Shown: one piece after another, positions 1-7,730 of the stretch
Position numbering within the stretch: the stretch's first letter is position 1
Layout: each line of letters starts with the position of its first letter
Made by a program: the position numbers and the translations under genes
Origin: Bdellovibrionales bacterium
Lineage (GTDB): Bacteria; Pseudomonadota; Alphaproteobacteria; UBA9219; RFNS01
Direction of reading: 5' to 3'
DNA: 37,612 nt
NCBI GenBank assembly: GCA_039808825.1
Contig: JBDHTV010000002.1
Span: 1-37,612 of the forward strand
The notes under the pieces: model-generated
Databases searched by the model: none
Told to the model about the DNA's origin: nothing
What the model saw: the letters and a program-made list of their open reading frames with translations, nothing else

Positions 1-70
1 TGACCCGTGGCAAATTTGGCAATTTATTGATCGCGGCTATAAATTCATGGGTAAGAGTTTTCGGTGTCAT
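1..70 (-). CDS. 5' end of an unknown ORF running off the left edge (MTPKTLTHEFIAAINKLPNLPRV...)
   Basis: The ATG at 70..68 overlaps the TGA stop (69..67) of the upstream 91-aa ORF as an ATGA junction. The frame stays open to position 1. This ORF is not in the ORF track; I read it directly from the sequence. Confidence 0.3.
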   Translation of the reverse strand, partial: MTPKTLTHEFIAAINKLPNLPRV

Positions 71-341
71 CGGTTCAGCTCCTTGTGTTCGTCCGAGAGC
101 CTGATTGTGAGCGGGTGCGGCCTACCTCTGGTAACACCATTGGTAACACCGCTTGGAATACCCTCGCGCTTTAGCGCACCAGAGTTTGGTGGTAACACCA
201 TACTCTCAACTTGCGTGAAACTTTTGGTGTTACCAATTTCTTCCTGTTGGTATTCCACTTGGTATTCCGCTTTTGGTTTGCATACTTCCTTGGACGCCAG
301 CCGAAATTGTGACTTCATCGCACTGCGTAATTCGTTGCTCA
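67..341 (-). CDS. Hypothetical small protein (91 aa from MSNELRS)
   Basis: The internal ATG at 341..339 is preceded by GGAGATATAT, a good RBS, and the stop is coupled to the next ORF. The protein has short peptide repeats (GVTNGVT, EYQVEYQ) that coincide with the DNA repeat array. No recognisable family. Confidence 0.4.
129..268. repeat. Phased array of short motifs in both orientations (TGGTAACACC / TGGAATACC and their reverse complements)
   Basis: TGGTAACACC occurs at 129, 141 and 190, and TGGAATACC at 154. The reverse complements are GGTGTTACCA at 226 and GGTATTCC(A) at 249 and 261. Neighbouring copies are spaced 12-13 bp. Confidence 0.6.
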
Positions 342-440
342 TATATATCTCCGTGAAAAATATCCCTGTCGCGCAAAGCTGTTGGGCTGGCACGTTCAGA
401 GACGATTGGGGTTTCGGTTCAATGTCGGGTGGTGGGTTAA

Positions 441-476
441 TAAAAAAGCCACCGGTCTGCGTGAGGCCAGTGGCTT
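441..476 (-). terminator. Putative rho-independent terminator (minus strand)
   Basis: On the minus strand AGCCACTGG-N11-CCGGTGGCT forms a 9-bp stem with one mismatch, followed by TTTTTTATT. It lies downstream of the 698..1210 gene. Confidence 0.5.
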
Positions 477-697
477 AATCTGTAGGGACAGAAAATTGTC
501 CCCCTATACTATGTATGCAGACTGCGGTTTTTGGGCTTAGGTCGTTTTTTGCTTATGCTCCGTCACTTCGATGAGTGTTCCAACCCACGCAAGATTTAGC
601 GAGCCAAGTTTTTTATGTAAGGTCTCGTGAGCCTTGGCATTCCAAAACACGATGGGTTTATCGTTTGTCATGTGTGCAACCAGCCCCATTCTTGGCC

Positions 698-1210
698 TCA
701 GGCTTTCCAGCCGACAGGTTTAGTGACCACGATAGCCGCCAAATGCCACTGACTTGCCAAATCGCCAAGGCCACGCTTGAGGCACACAAGCGCCCGTGAG
801 TTCCTCGCTGGCTGGGAATGGCCGCATATCTCAATGACAGCGTTCAAATCCTCCGGCGCGACTATCTGGCGGGACAGCTTCAGCAGTTTCTCAACCGCTG
901 TTTCCTTCCATGCGGCATGTTCTGCACTGGTCGGTCTGAAGTCCTTCCGGCGCAGCAATACCACACCATAATAGGCTCGGTGGAAGCGCCGTCCAGCACG
1001 GTATTCTTCCCAGTTGATAACCCCATTGTCGCGATAGGCATCCAAAGGGCATTCCCAAACTGCACGATAGCGTTTGATGAAATGGCCCGGTCGGCTACTG
1101 CCAGGAATGACTTCCCTGATTAAACCGCCATTCTGCCGGTGACGTTCATTTGTTGGAGAGACCCACGTTCTGGGGCCGGTAATAGACTTTTGGCGTTTAT
1201 GTTTCCGCAT
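698..1210 (-). CDS. Hypothetical protein, mobile-element style (basic N-terminus, possible C-terminal HTH-like region)
   Basis: 170-aa ORF with a GGAGG-like RBS (cggaggtattcaATG). It is divergent from the XRE gene across an AT-rich spacer. The stretch PLDAYRDNGVINWEEYRAGRRF vaguely recalls alphaproteobacterial element-borne DUF proteins, but this is not verifiable here. Confidence 0.5.
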   Translation of the reverse strand: MRKHKRQKSITGPRTWVSPTNERHRQNGGLIREVIPGSSRPGHFIKRYRAVWECPLDAYRDNGVINWEEYRAGRRFHRAYYGVVLLRRKDFRPTSAEHAAWKETAVEKLLKLSRQIVAPEDLNAVIEICGHSQPARNSRALVCLKRGLGDLASQWHLAAIVVTKPVGWKA

Positions 1211-1329
1211 TGAATACCTCCGTTAAAAATGGCCTGCTTTAAAAAATGAACGTTTTATAAAAATTCAGTTTATAGACGAGTCATAGCACGGAAATTTCGA
1301 AAGTCAAGATAATTCTACAATTTGGATGC

Positions 1330-1448
1330 TTGTTGTATTCATATTGGATTGTGATAGACGAAATAGACTGATTAGTTTGTTGTATTTTCATATAAATGCC
1401 TGTTTTGTGATATTTTATTGATTTATCCACATTCGTGGTATATATAAT
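1330..1448. promoter_or_regulatory. Divergent promoter/operator region: direct repeats TTGTTGTATT(TT)CATAT plus a perfect TATAAT 5 nt before the XRE ATG
   Basis: The repeats lie at 1330..1344 and 1377..1393. TATAAT lies at 1443..1448 and the ATG at 1454, with no SD sequence, which is a leaderless-type arrangement. The surrounding sequence is strongly AT-rich. Confidence 0.4.
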
Positions 1449-1453
1449 CCATT

Positions 1454-2107
1454 ATGAATATAACAGGACGACAAATACGCGGGGCACGGGGCCTGCTGGG
1501 CTGGTCGATGGAAGAGCTAGCCGACAAGGCTGGCATTTCCCGCATCACCATACGGCAGATCGAAGGCGAAGTCGCGCAACCGCAGGAACGCACTCTGGCC
1601 AGCCTGCTTGCAGCCTTCGACAAGGAAGGAATCGAGTTTCAGGATAACGAGGGCGTGTGTATCCGCAAGCATCAAATGCGGACATACAGCGGCAAGGCCG
1701 GTTATCGCCAGCTGCTCGACCATGTCTATGAAACGGTCAAGAAAGGCGGGCGTATCCGCCAATTCAATTTCGGCGATGACCGCTACGTCTCGATTGCGGA
1801 CGATGCTGCCGCCGAGCATATCCAGCGCATGGAAGAGATCGAAGGGCTGGATGCCAAGGTGCTGGTGCTGGAAGGAGAGATCGGCAATCCCGTCAGCTAT
1901 TGCAGCTACCGGACGTTGAATGCCGACTATGCTGATATGGCTCCGTGGTATCTGTATGGAGATATTCTGATCCTCCCCTTAACCGAGGGCGGCAGGCGCG
2001 AGTGTGTCACCATCCAGTCCAAACAAGTCGCCGAACGCTATATCCGCGAGTTTGATTTGTTCTGGAATAAGGGCATTCCGGGCGAAAAACGCCCTAAAAA
2101 GGCATGA
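1454..2107 (+). CDS. XRE/HTH_3 family transcriptional regulator with ~150-aa unassigned C-terminal domain
   Basis: The N-terminus ITGRQIRGARGLLGWSMEELADKAGISRITIRQIEGE is a typical Cro/C1-type HTH. Confidence 0.8.
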   Translation: MNITGRQIRGARGLLGWSMEELADKAGISRITIRQIEGEVAQPQERTLASLLAAFDKEGIEFQDNEGVCIRKHQMRTYSGKAGYRQLLDHVYETVKKGGRIRQFNFGDDRYVSIADDAAAEHIQRMEEIEGLDAKVLVLEGEIGNPVSYCSYRTLNADYADMAPWYLYGDILILPLTEGGRRECVTIQSKQVAERYIREFDLFWNKGIPGEKRPKKA

Positions 2108-2222
2108 AAGTAAAAGAACATTACACTTATAGATACCGGTTTTTGGTAGGATAGCGGCTGCTCTGAATAGAGCTTATGCCAAGAACCCATGCATAGCGCA
2201 TCAGGTTTACCGAGTTGAGGGC

Positions 2223-2561
2223 ATGATGACTGAAGAACACAAGGAAAAATCTGACCTGCAAAAGGCACTCGATCTCGACGCGGAGATTGAGGATTGGCGT
2301 AGTGAAGTCACCAATCGGATTATCGCGCTTCATGATAAAATTGATGAAGCAGAAGAAAACAACAATCAGAAGCTTGCTGATCAGCTTGACAAGGAACTGG
2401 GTGTCTGGATCAGCGTCAGTCAGGCCGGGTATTCGTGTGCTGAAGAGAGCAAACAAGGGCGCGAGATATTAGATTTAGTCCGCACGCAGAAGAAAGAGTC
2501 TGAGGCTCGTCTTGCCTCTTACCGAAAGAAGCAAAAAGACCTGAATAGCACTGGTCAGTAA
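2223..2561 (+). CDS. Small acidic helical protein (candidate epsilon-like antitoxin)
   Basis: 112-aa ORF rich in D/E/K that looks coiled-coil-like. It ends 15 nt before the zeta-type kinase gene. GAGGG precedes the tandem ATGATG start (2223 or 2226). Confidence 0.5.
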   Translation: MMTEEHKEKSDLQKALDLDAEIEDWRSEVTNRIIALHDKIDEAEENNNQKLADQLDKELGVWISVSQAGYSCAEESKQGREILDLVRTQKKESEARLASYRKKQKDLNSTGQ

Positions 2562-2576
2562 TTAGGCATTGAGAAT

Positions 2577-4103
2577 ATGGCGGCTCAAGAACCATCAACC
2601 CCGAAACGCATCAAGCGCTCAAAACAGATGTCGCGTCAAGACATCTATGACAAGAACATTTCAAGACAACTATTTTCCGGGAAGAGCCCATCTGTAGAGC
2701 CAACAGTCATTTTCTTGGTTGGGCAAGCTGGTGCAGGAAAGTCCGGACTGAGCAAGGCTCAGGAAGATCGGCTTGCCGCTTCTGGTCAACCGGTTCTCAT
2801 TGATCCTGATAACCTGCGCAAATATAATCGCGACTATCACCACAATGTTCGTAGCGATAGTCGAACCGCAGCTAACAAGGCAGAAGTTGGCGCGTGGACG
2901 CAGGAAGCTTTTCTGGAAGGCTTGGTGCGTCGCACGAACATTATTCTCGACGGCACTGGTGCAAACACTGATCGTGTCAAAGAGCGGATCGCCTATGCCC
3001 ATGCGTCCGGATACAAAGTAGAAGTACACGCTGTTGCTGCACGGGGTATCGATAGCTGGATTGGGGTGCTGGATCGGCATGAGCAAGGAAAAGATAAAGA
3101 CAGGGCCAATCCTCATAGTGAGCCGCGCGCACGTTTTGTTCCTAAACCGATCCATGACGAACATGCCCGCGATTTGCTGAAGACTTTAGCTGAAGTTGAG
3201 CATCTCGGACTCTGCAACCGTATTGCAGTCTGGCGTAGAGGTAGTTTCGACGCGCCGCTTTACGACAACCCCAAAGCTAGCAAAGGGAATACGCTAGGGG
3301 CCGTTCAAGCCCTCGTTACGGAGCGGAACCGACCGCTTACGGCTCTAGAGCAAGGCCACAGGAGCGATGCACTACAACGCATTAGCGATTTCATGGGAAT
3401 GCGGAATGCTTCCCCTTTGGAGCGGGGCGAAGCTCAGCTTCTGGCTGCTCAGGAACATAATCATGGGTTCACACGGAGTGCAGCCCGAACCTGCGCGAGT
3501 TTAAAGCCGGACGTGCCGGTTGATCTCTATCTCACAAATCCGCAAGCGCAACAGCGCTATGCAAAGCAAGCGCGACGCTATGTATTCTGGCACCTGACCG
3601 AGCGCGAAAAACTAGGCGCCTCCCCCGAGCGCGTGGCCGCGATGGGCGCTAGACTATTCGGTAGGCTGCGGAACCCTGCCCTTGGCTTCGGGATCAAAGA
3701 AGGGCTGGAGCTGGCCGTGTTAAGGCGGCAGATGGCAGCAGCCCCCTCACCGCAGCTGGTGCAGTCCTATTTTGATAAGCGTGAACGCCTCATTGTTGAT
3801 TTGATGCGCGCTCGCAACGCCCATGGGGCAGGCAGGCAACGGACACACGCACAAGTCCAGCAGGCCGATATCACCAACAGTTGGGCGGAACTTGAATATA
3901 CGCAGACGGCAACGCTACGGCGTAAGGCCAGCATAGGAAAACTGCTTATCACGCCTCAGCCTGAGGCCGAGGCGAAATTAGAGGAAGCCCGGCTACGCAC
4001 TATGGCGCGTTTGCAGCAGGGCAAGAAGAAGACGGGCAAGAATACAGCCGTGACAAAGGATCAGAAATCCAGACGGCTGGGGATGAGACCGGGACAGATA
4101 TAA
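2577..4103 (+). CDS. Zeta-toxin family P-loop kinase domain protein with ~280-aa C-terminal extension
   Basis: Walker A motif VIFLVGQAGAGKSG, the catalytic-Asp region PVLIDPDNLRKY and NIILDGTGAN are laid out as in Zeta/PezT-type kinases. Residues from about 230 to 508 carry no recognisable motif. Confidence 0.75.
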   Translation: MAAQEPSTPKRIKRSKQMSRQDIYDKNISRQLFSGKSPSVEPTVIFLVGQAGAGKSGLSKAQEDRLAASGQPVLIDPDNLRKYNRDYHHNVRSDSRTAANKAEVGAWTQEAFLEGLVRRTNIILDGTGANTDRVKERIAYAHASGYKVEVHAVAARGIDSWIGVLDRHEQGKDKDRANPHSEPRARFVPKPIHDEHARDLLKTLAEVEHLGLCNRIAVWRRGSFDAPLYDNPKASKGNTLGAVQALVTERNRPLTALEQGHRSDALQRISDFMGMRNASPLERGEAQLLAAQEHNHGFTRSAARTCASLKPDVPVDLYLTNPQAQQRYAKQARRYVFWHLTEREKLGASPERVAAMGARLFGRLRNPALGFGIKEGLELAVLRRQMAAAPSPQLVQSYFDKRERLIVDLMRARNAHGAGRQRTHAQVQQADITNSWAELEYTQTATLRRKASIGKLLITPQPEAEAKLEEARLRTMARLQQGKKKTGKNTAVTKDQKSRRLGMRPGQI

Positions 4104-4173
4104 TCTTTCCGGCATTTGTTGCTGATTTTTAAAGCTGATTTGAACATATTGAACCTTATTGGAAGGCATATTC

Positions 4174-5430
4174 ATGATTCAGGCTACGCCATTGATGCGA
4201 CAAATCGGCGGCCTCTGCACGGCTGTTATACCCTACGAGCAAACCGACCCCATTCATCGCAGTGCGCTCGGCAGCGTTCTGCGCGACGCGGTGCAGCATG
4301 AAGCCAAGGTTCACGGTGCAGATTTCAATTATGCTGGCTTCCGCAATGTTATGCAGGCGATGGCCAAGGGTGATGTTGAGGTTCTGTTCTTTGCCGCCGC
4401 CTGGGATGTCTGTGAGCCCAAGATTATCGGTGCGACGATTAATTTTCCGTCGGTGTCCCTAGAGCGCAAAGGCGATGATATCGTGGCTAAGCGCGGCATC
4501 TATAGCGAGGATGTTTGTATTCTGCCGTCAAAAATCCGTGATCTCATCGTCGAGCGACCTGTTGGAGGGAAATTTCCAGAGGCAGGGATTGGTACGCATT
4601 TTATTCAAGCCAGCGTGAGCCATTACGCCAGAAACGGTATGCTTGATGGCTCCATCCCTGCTGGACAGACCTTTGAGTTTGCTCCGACGAACGGCCAGAT
4701 TGTGAAAATCCAAGAGCAGCTTGGCGCACGGCTTGGTCATGATAGGGATAGCAGCCTGTTGCGGCTGGAACGGTTAAGAAGCCCAATCTTCAATCAATGG
4801 GTCGTGCCGGTTGAAGTGGCTGCTATTCCGTTACCGAATGGCGCAACCGATCCGAACAACTTTATTGTCCGCTGGTCTGGCGCTGACGGCAAACAGAAGA
4901 TTGAGGCGGCTTTCACCAAAGGCATTTCGACCTTCAAAGGCACGACCGTGACGCAAGCCCAGTTTATCAGTAACGGCAAGCTTCCGGACATGCCCGTAGT
5001 AGAAAGTGTTCTGGCTTCAATCTTAAGAGCCGCCAATCACGAAATCCGTATGCGTCGCTGGGGACATTTAAAGAATAAACCGCCAGCACAATATAGCCCT
5101 CTCATCCCCTTGTTGGCGGACAGGCAGCAAGGGTTCAAAGCTCTGATACACGCCCAGTGTTATGAATTGTTCTCCCCTGCCCCGGCCAAAGACAACAGCC
5201 TGCTATTTGGCGTCAAGCCACCGCCGATGCATCTCCATGTGTTGAGAGGGCCAGAACTGGCCGCAGGGCTGCGGACGCTCGGCGCAACATCCCGCATACT
5301 AGGATCAAACCCCATGCAAACGGCAACGCTTGACCTGCTAAAAGGCACGGGACACGATCACGCCACCAAGCCACTGAGGCTAATAGGATCGTGGCCAGGG
5401 CATACACCGCTATTCTCATTGGCTGCGTAA
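4174..5430 (+). CDS. Hypothetical protein (418 aa)
   Basis: The long ORF has an ATG at 4174 with GGAAGG 7 nt upstream; the track start at 4159 is a TTG. A weak GNAT-like stretch (PEAGIGTHFIQASVSHYARNG) is the only hint of family. Confidence 0.55.
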   Translation: MIQATPLMRQIGGLCTAVIPYEQTDPIHRSALGSVLRDAVQHEAKVHGADFNYAGFRNVMQAMAKGDVEVLFFAAAWDVCEPKIIGATINFPSVSLERKGDDIVAKRGIYSEDVCILPSKIRDLIVERPVGGKFPEAGIGTHFIQASVSHYARNGMLDGSIPAGQTFEFAPTNGQIVKIQEQLGARLGHDRDSSLLRLERLRSPIFNQWVVPVEVAAIPLPNGATDPNNFIVRWSGADGKQKIEAAFTKGISTFKGTTVTQAQFISNGKLPDMPVVESVLASILRAANHEIRMRRWGHLKNKPPAQYSPLIPLLADRQQGFKALIHAQCYELFSPAPAKDNSLLFGVKPPPMHLHVLRGPELAAGLRTLGATSRILGSNPMQTATLDLLKGTGHDHATKPLRLIGSWPGHTPLFSLAA

Positions 5431-5619
5431 CTCTTAGTTGGTTAGAACAGCATATGCCCAGTCGGCTTAGATTGGACATATAGCCATTACAATACAAATA
5501 ACTTGCTACCGTATCTTATATCACGAAACATTATCCAAAATGCTAAGACAGCGCTGGAATTTGCTTTAATGCCGCATGATGAGCCATGCTGGAGCCAATT
5601 GCTGCATATACATCAAGCC

Positions 5620-6906
5620 TCAGAAATTCACCGCCGTCTGCACCCAGACTTTTTTCGTATCGGTATAAGGTCGGTCATCTGCTTCATAGTTGGCGAATTT
5701 CAGCATGACCGACAAAGTCTTCAGATGCGATTTCTCCGGCAGCTTGAAGGTTCGGCCAATCGACAGGTTGGTTTCATTGCCATACTCCCCGCGCTTTACC
5801 CCGGTGAAGCCGTGAAAGGCCGCGGTGACCTCCGTGCCGTCAATCCACTTGCCGATCCCGGAGAATTCATAAGCGGCTGAAACATAATAGTCCCTGAGGC
5901 CATTGGCTGGCGTGGTCAGAAACTTGTCTGCCCAGCCATTGAACTTGTGCAACGTTGCCAGAGGGGTCTGAAAGGCGTCTCGACCATCGCCACCCAGCTG
6001 CTCAAAGCCGAGCCGTGCCGTCAAGCCATGCCCTTTCAGCGCAGGAGAGGCGTGGTAGTAGTTCTTGTCAAAAGTCACCGGGTTCTTGCCGTAGTCACGT
6101 TGGTGCGCCCACTCCGCCTCATAGAGCAGCGACCAGGCCGACGCGAGCGGTTGTGTGCCCGTTATCCGCAGGCCATAAGTTTGCGATGATGAACTTCCAA
6201 GCTTGTCGAGGTCAAGCAGATAGGCATATGCCGTGGTGTTCAGCCAATCGAACCATTTGTGATTCAAGTGAACAAGATGGCTGTCGCTACCGGTGCGGCC
6301 GACTGAGGATCGGTTGCCGAAGACGCGATTGACCTGCCACAGATAGGCATATTGCAGCTCGGTATCCTTGATACCGCTATACGTCGCCTGTACCGCATCA
6401 AAGGTCTGGTCGTTCTGCCGCCAGTCTACTGTCCCAATAAATCTCTGGTTATCGAGATTGAGGCCTTGCCGACCAGCCTTGATTTCGGCTCCCGGGAGAC
6501 CAGCCCATGAAACCCATGCCTGGTTCAGTTCAGCACTGTCAGGATCGGCGACGAGTGGATAATTCGTCCGGCCATTGATTGAATCGTTAAAGCTCTGTGT
6601 GCCAATATGCTGAACCAGCTGCCCTTCCAGATAGCCTTGGAACCCCTGGTATAGACCGGTCTTATAGCCAAGATTGGCCCGCACCGTGGATGCTTTCGCC
6701 GTTTTACGCACCGGCGCCGGGCCATTCTGATCGACATATTCAAACCGGTAACGAACCTGTCCGGTCAGCGCCCCATCCGTCAGCAGCACTTCCGGTCCGG
6801 TTGCGACCGCCCCATTTTCGGGCGTCGCCGCACCGGCGGAATAGCCGATGGCCAGCAAGGGCAAGAGCAGGAGTGAAGGCAGCGACCTTTGAAACAGCTT
6901 TCTCAT
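5620..6906 (-). CDS. Outer-membrane beta-barrel porin, alginate-export (AlgE-like) family
   Basis: It has a signal peptide (MRKLFQRSLPSLLLLPLLAIGYSAGAA), the GQVRYRFEYVDQ motif, alternating beta-strand patterns and a C-terminal ...VQTAVNF with terminal Phe. Confidence 0.7.
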   Translation of the reverse strand: MRKLFQRSLPSLLLLPLLAIGYSAGAATPENGAVATGPEVLLTDGALTGQVRYRFEYVDQNGPAPVRKTAKASTVRANLGYKTGLYQGFQGYLEGQLVQHIGTQSFNDSINGRTNYPLVADPDSAELNQAWVSWAGLPGAEIKAGRQGLNLDNQRFIGTVDWRQNDQTFDAVQATYSGIKDTELQYAYLWQVNRVFGNRSSVGRTGSDSHLVHLNHKWFDWLNTTAYAYLLDLDKLGSSSSQTYGLRITGTQPLASAWSLLYEAEWAHQRDYGKNPVTFDKNYYHASPALKGHGLTARLGFEQLGGDGRDAFQTPLATLHKFNGWADKFLTTPANGLRDYYVSAAYEFSGIGKWIDGTEVTAAFHGFTGVKRGEYGNETNLSIGRTFKLPEKSHLKTLSVMLKFANYEADDRPYTDTKKVWVQTAVNF

Positions 6907-6965
6907 GACCGGTTATCCTTTATGAACACGCTGCCGCAATCTAAAATCAGCGCATTGGCTAGCAC

Positions 6966-6979
6966 TTGACCTAAATCAA
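6966..6979. promoter_or_regulatory. FNR/NnrR-type box TTGACCTAAATCAA upstream of the porin gene
   Basis: TTGA-N6-TCAA palindrome centred about 66 bp upstream of the porin ATG (6906). Confidence 0.6.
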
Positions 6980-6986
6980 GCGGGGC

Positions 6987-7730
6987 TCAGAAATTGCGAA
7001 AGGCGAGGCGAAAGTTCTTCGGTGTGGCCAAGGCGGCGACATCAAACGGGCGTGACTGCGGCCGCAGCGCGCCGAGCGTTGGTCTTTCGTTATCCGCTTT
7101 AAAGTTCTGCAGATAGTATACACCGGCATACCTGCGAGCATCGAGCGCGGCGATGATGGCGTTCACATCTTGCGCGTCGAGCAAATCCGAATGAATCGTC
7201 GTCCTGATTTCATATGACTGGTCGCGGCGCGCGAGCAGGAGATTCAGCGTTTCTGAAAATTCACTCCAGCCTTGCAGACCGGTTATGGCCTGGAATTTTT
7301 CAGGCGGGGCTTTGAAATCCAGTGCGATGCTGTCCAACATGTTGGCCGCCAGCATAGTCCGGATTGTCGTCGGGCGGGTGCCATTGGTATCAAGCTTGAT
7401 GGCGTACCCCATCGCTTTCACCTGCTGGGCAAACGACAACAAGCCCGGATAGAGCGTGGCTTCGCCGCCCGAGAGGACGACACCGTCCAGCAACCCACGG
7501 CGGCGCTCCAGAAAGGCCAGCACCTTCCCGATCTCACCGCGCCCTTTGCCTCTGACAATCTGCGGATTGTGGCAATAGGCGCAGCGCATGTTACAGCCCG
7601 CCAGCCAGACGATGCAGGCGGCCTTGCCCGGGTAATCCAGCATCGTGAAAGGCGTTACCGCATACACGGGCAGAACCCTCTGCCCTGTGTCCGCAGCAAC
7701 GCCTTCCGGCTCAGCCGACCGAAGCATCAC
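6987..7730 (-). CDS. nrdG: Anaerobic ribonucleotide reductase activating protein (radical SAM)
   Basis: CNMRCAYCHNP is a CxxxCxxC radical-SAM motif, and GGEATL is present. The start (GTG 7730 or ATG 7727) overlaps the nrdD stop as GTGATG. Confidence 0.85.
   Translation of the reverse strand: MMLRSAEPEGVAADTGQRVLPVYAVTPFTMLDYPGKAACIVWLAGCNMRCAYCHNPQIVRGKGRGEIGKVLAFLERRRGLLDGVVLSGGEATLYPGLLSFAQQVKAMGYAIKLDTNGTRPTTIRTMLAANMLDSIALDFKAPPEKFQAITGLQGWSEFSETLNLLLARRDQSYEIRTTIHSDLLDAQDVNAIIAALDARRYAGVYYLQNFKADNERPTLGALRPQSRPFDVAALATPKNFRLAFRNF

Noticed and set aside
67-341. MobC or ribbon-helix-helix reading of the small ORF (C-terminal RPHPLTIRLSDEHKEL looks like an RHH beta-strand plus helix start)
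   Set aside because: The protein ends 4 residues later, so there is no room for the two RHH helices. The resemblance is too short to support a call.
47-478. 143-aa plus-strand ORF
   Set aside because: It has a Cys/Ser/Leu-rich implausible translation and no RBS. The opposite strand has a better-supported, RBS-preceded and stop/start-coupled ORF.
484-503. Second hairpin GGGACA-gaaaat-TGTCCC next to the 441..476 terminator
   Set aside because: No T/U-run follows the stem on either strand, so function cannot be assigned from sequence alone.
537-671. 44-aa minus-strand ORF (MTNDKPIVFWNAKAHETLHKKLGSLNLAWVGTLIEVTEHKQKTT) just downstream of the 698..1210 gene
   Set aside because: It has a plausible position but a weak RBS, no recognisable family and a length below any safe threshold. 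It is left unannotated pending conservation or Ribo-seq evidence.
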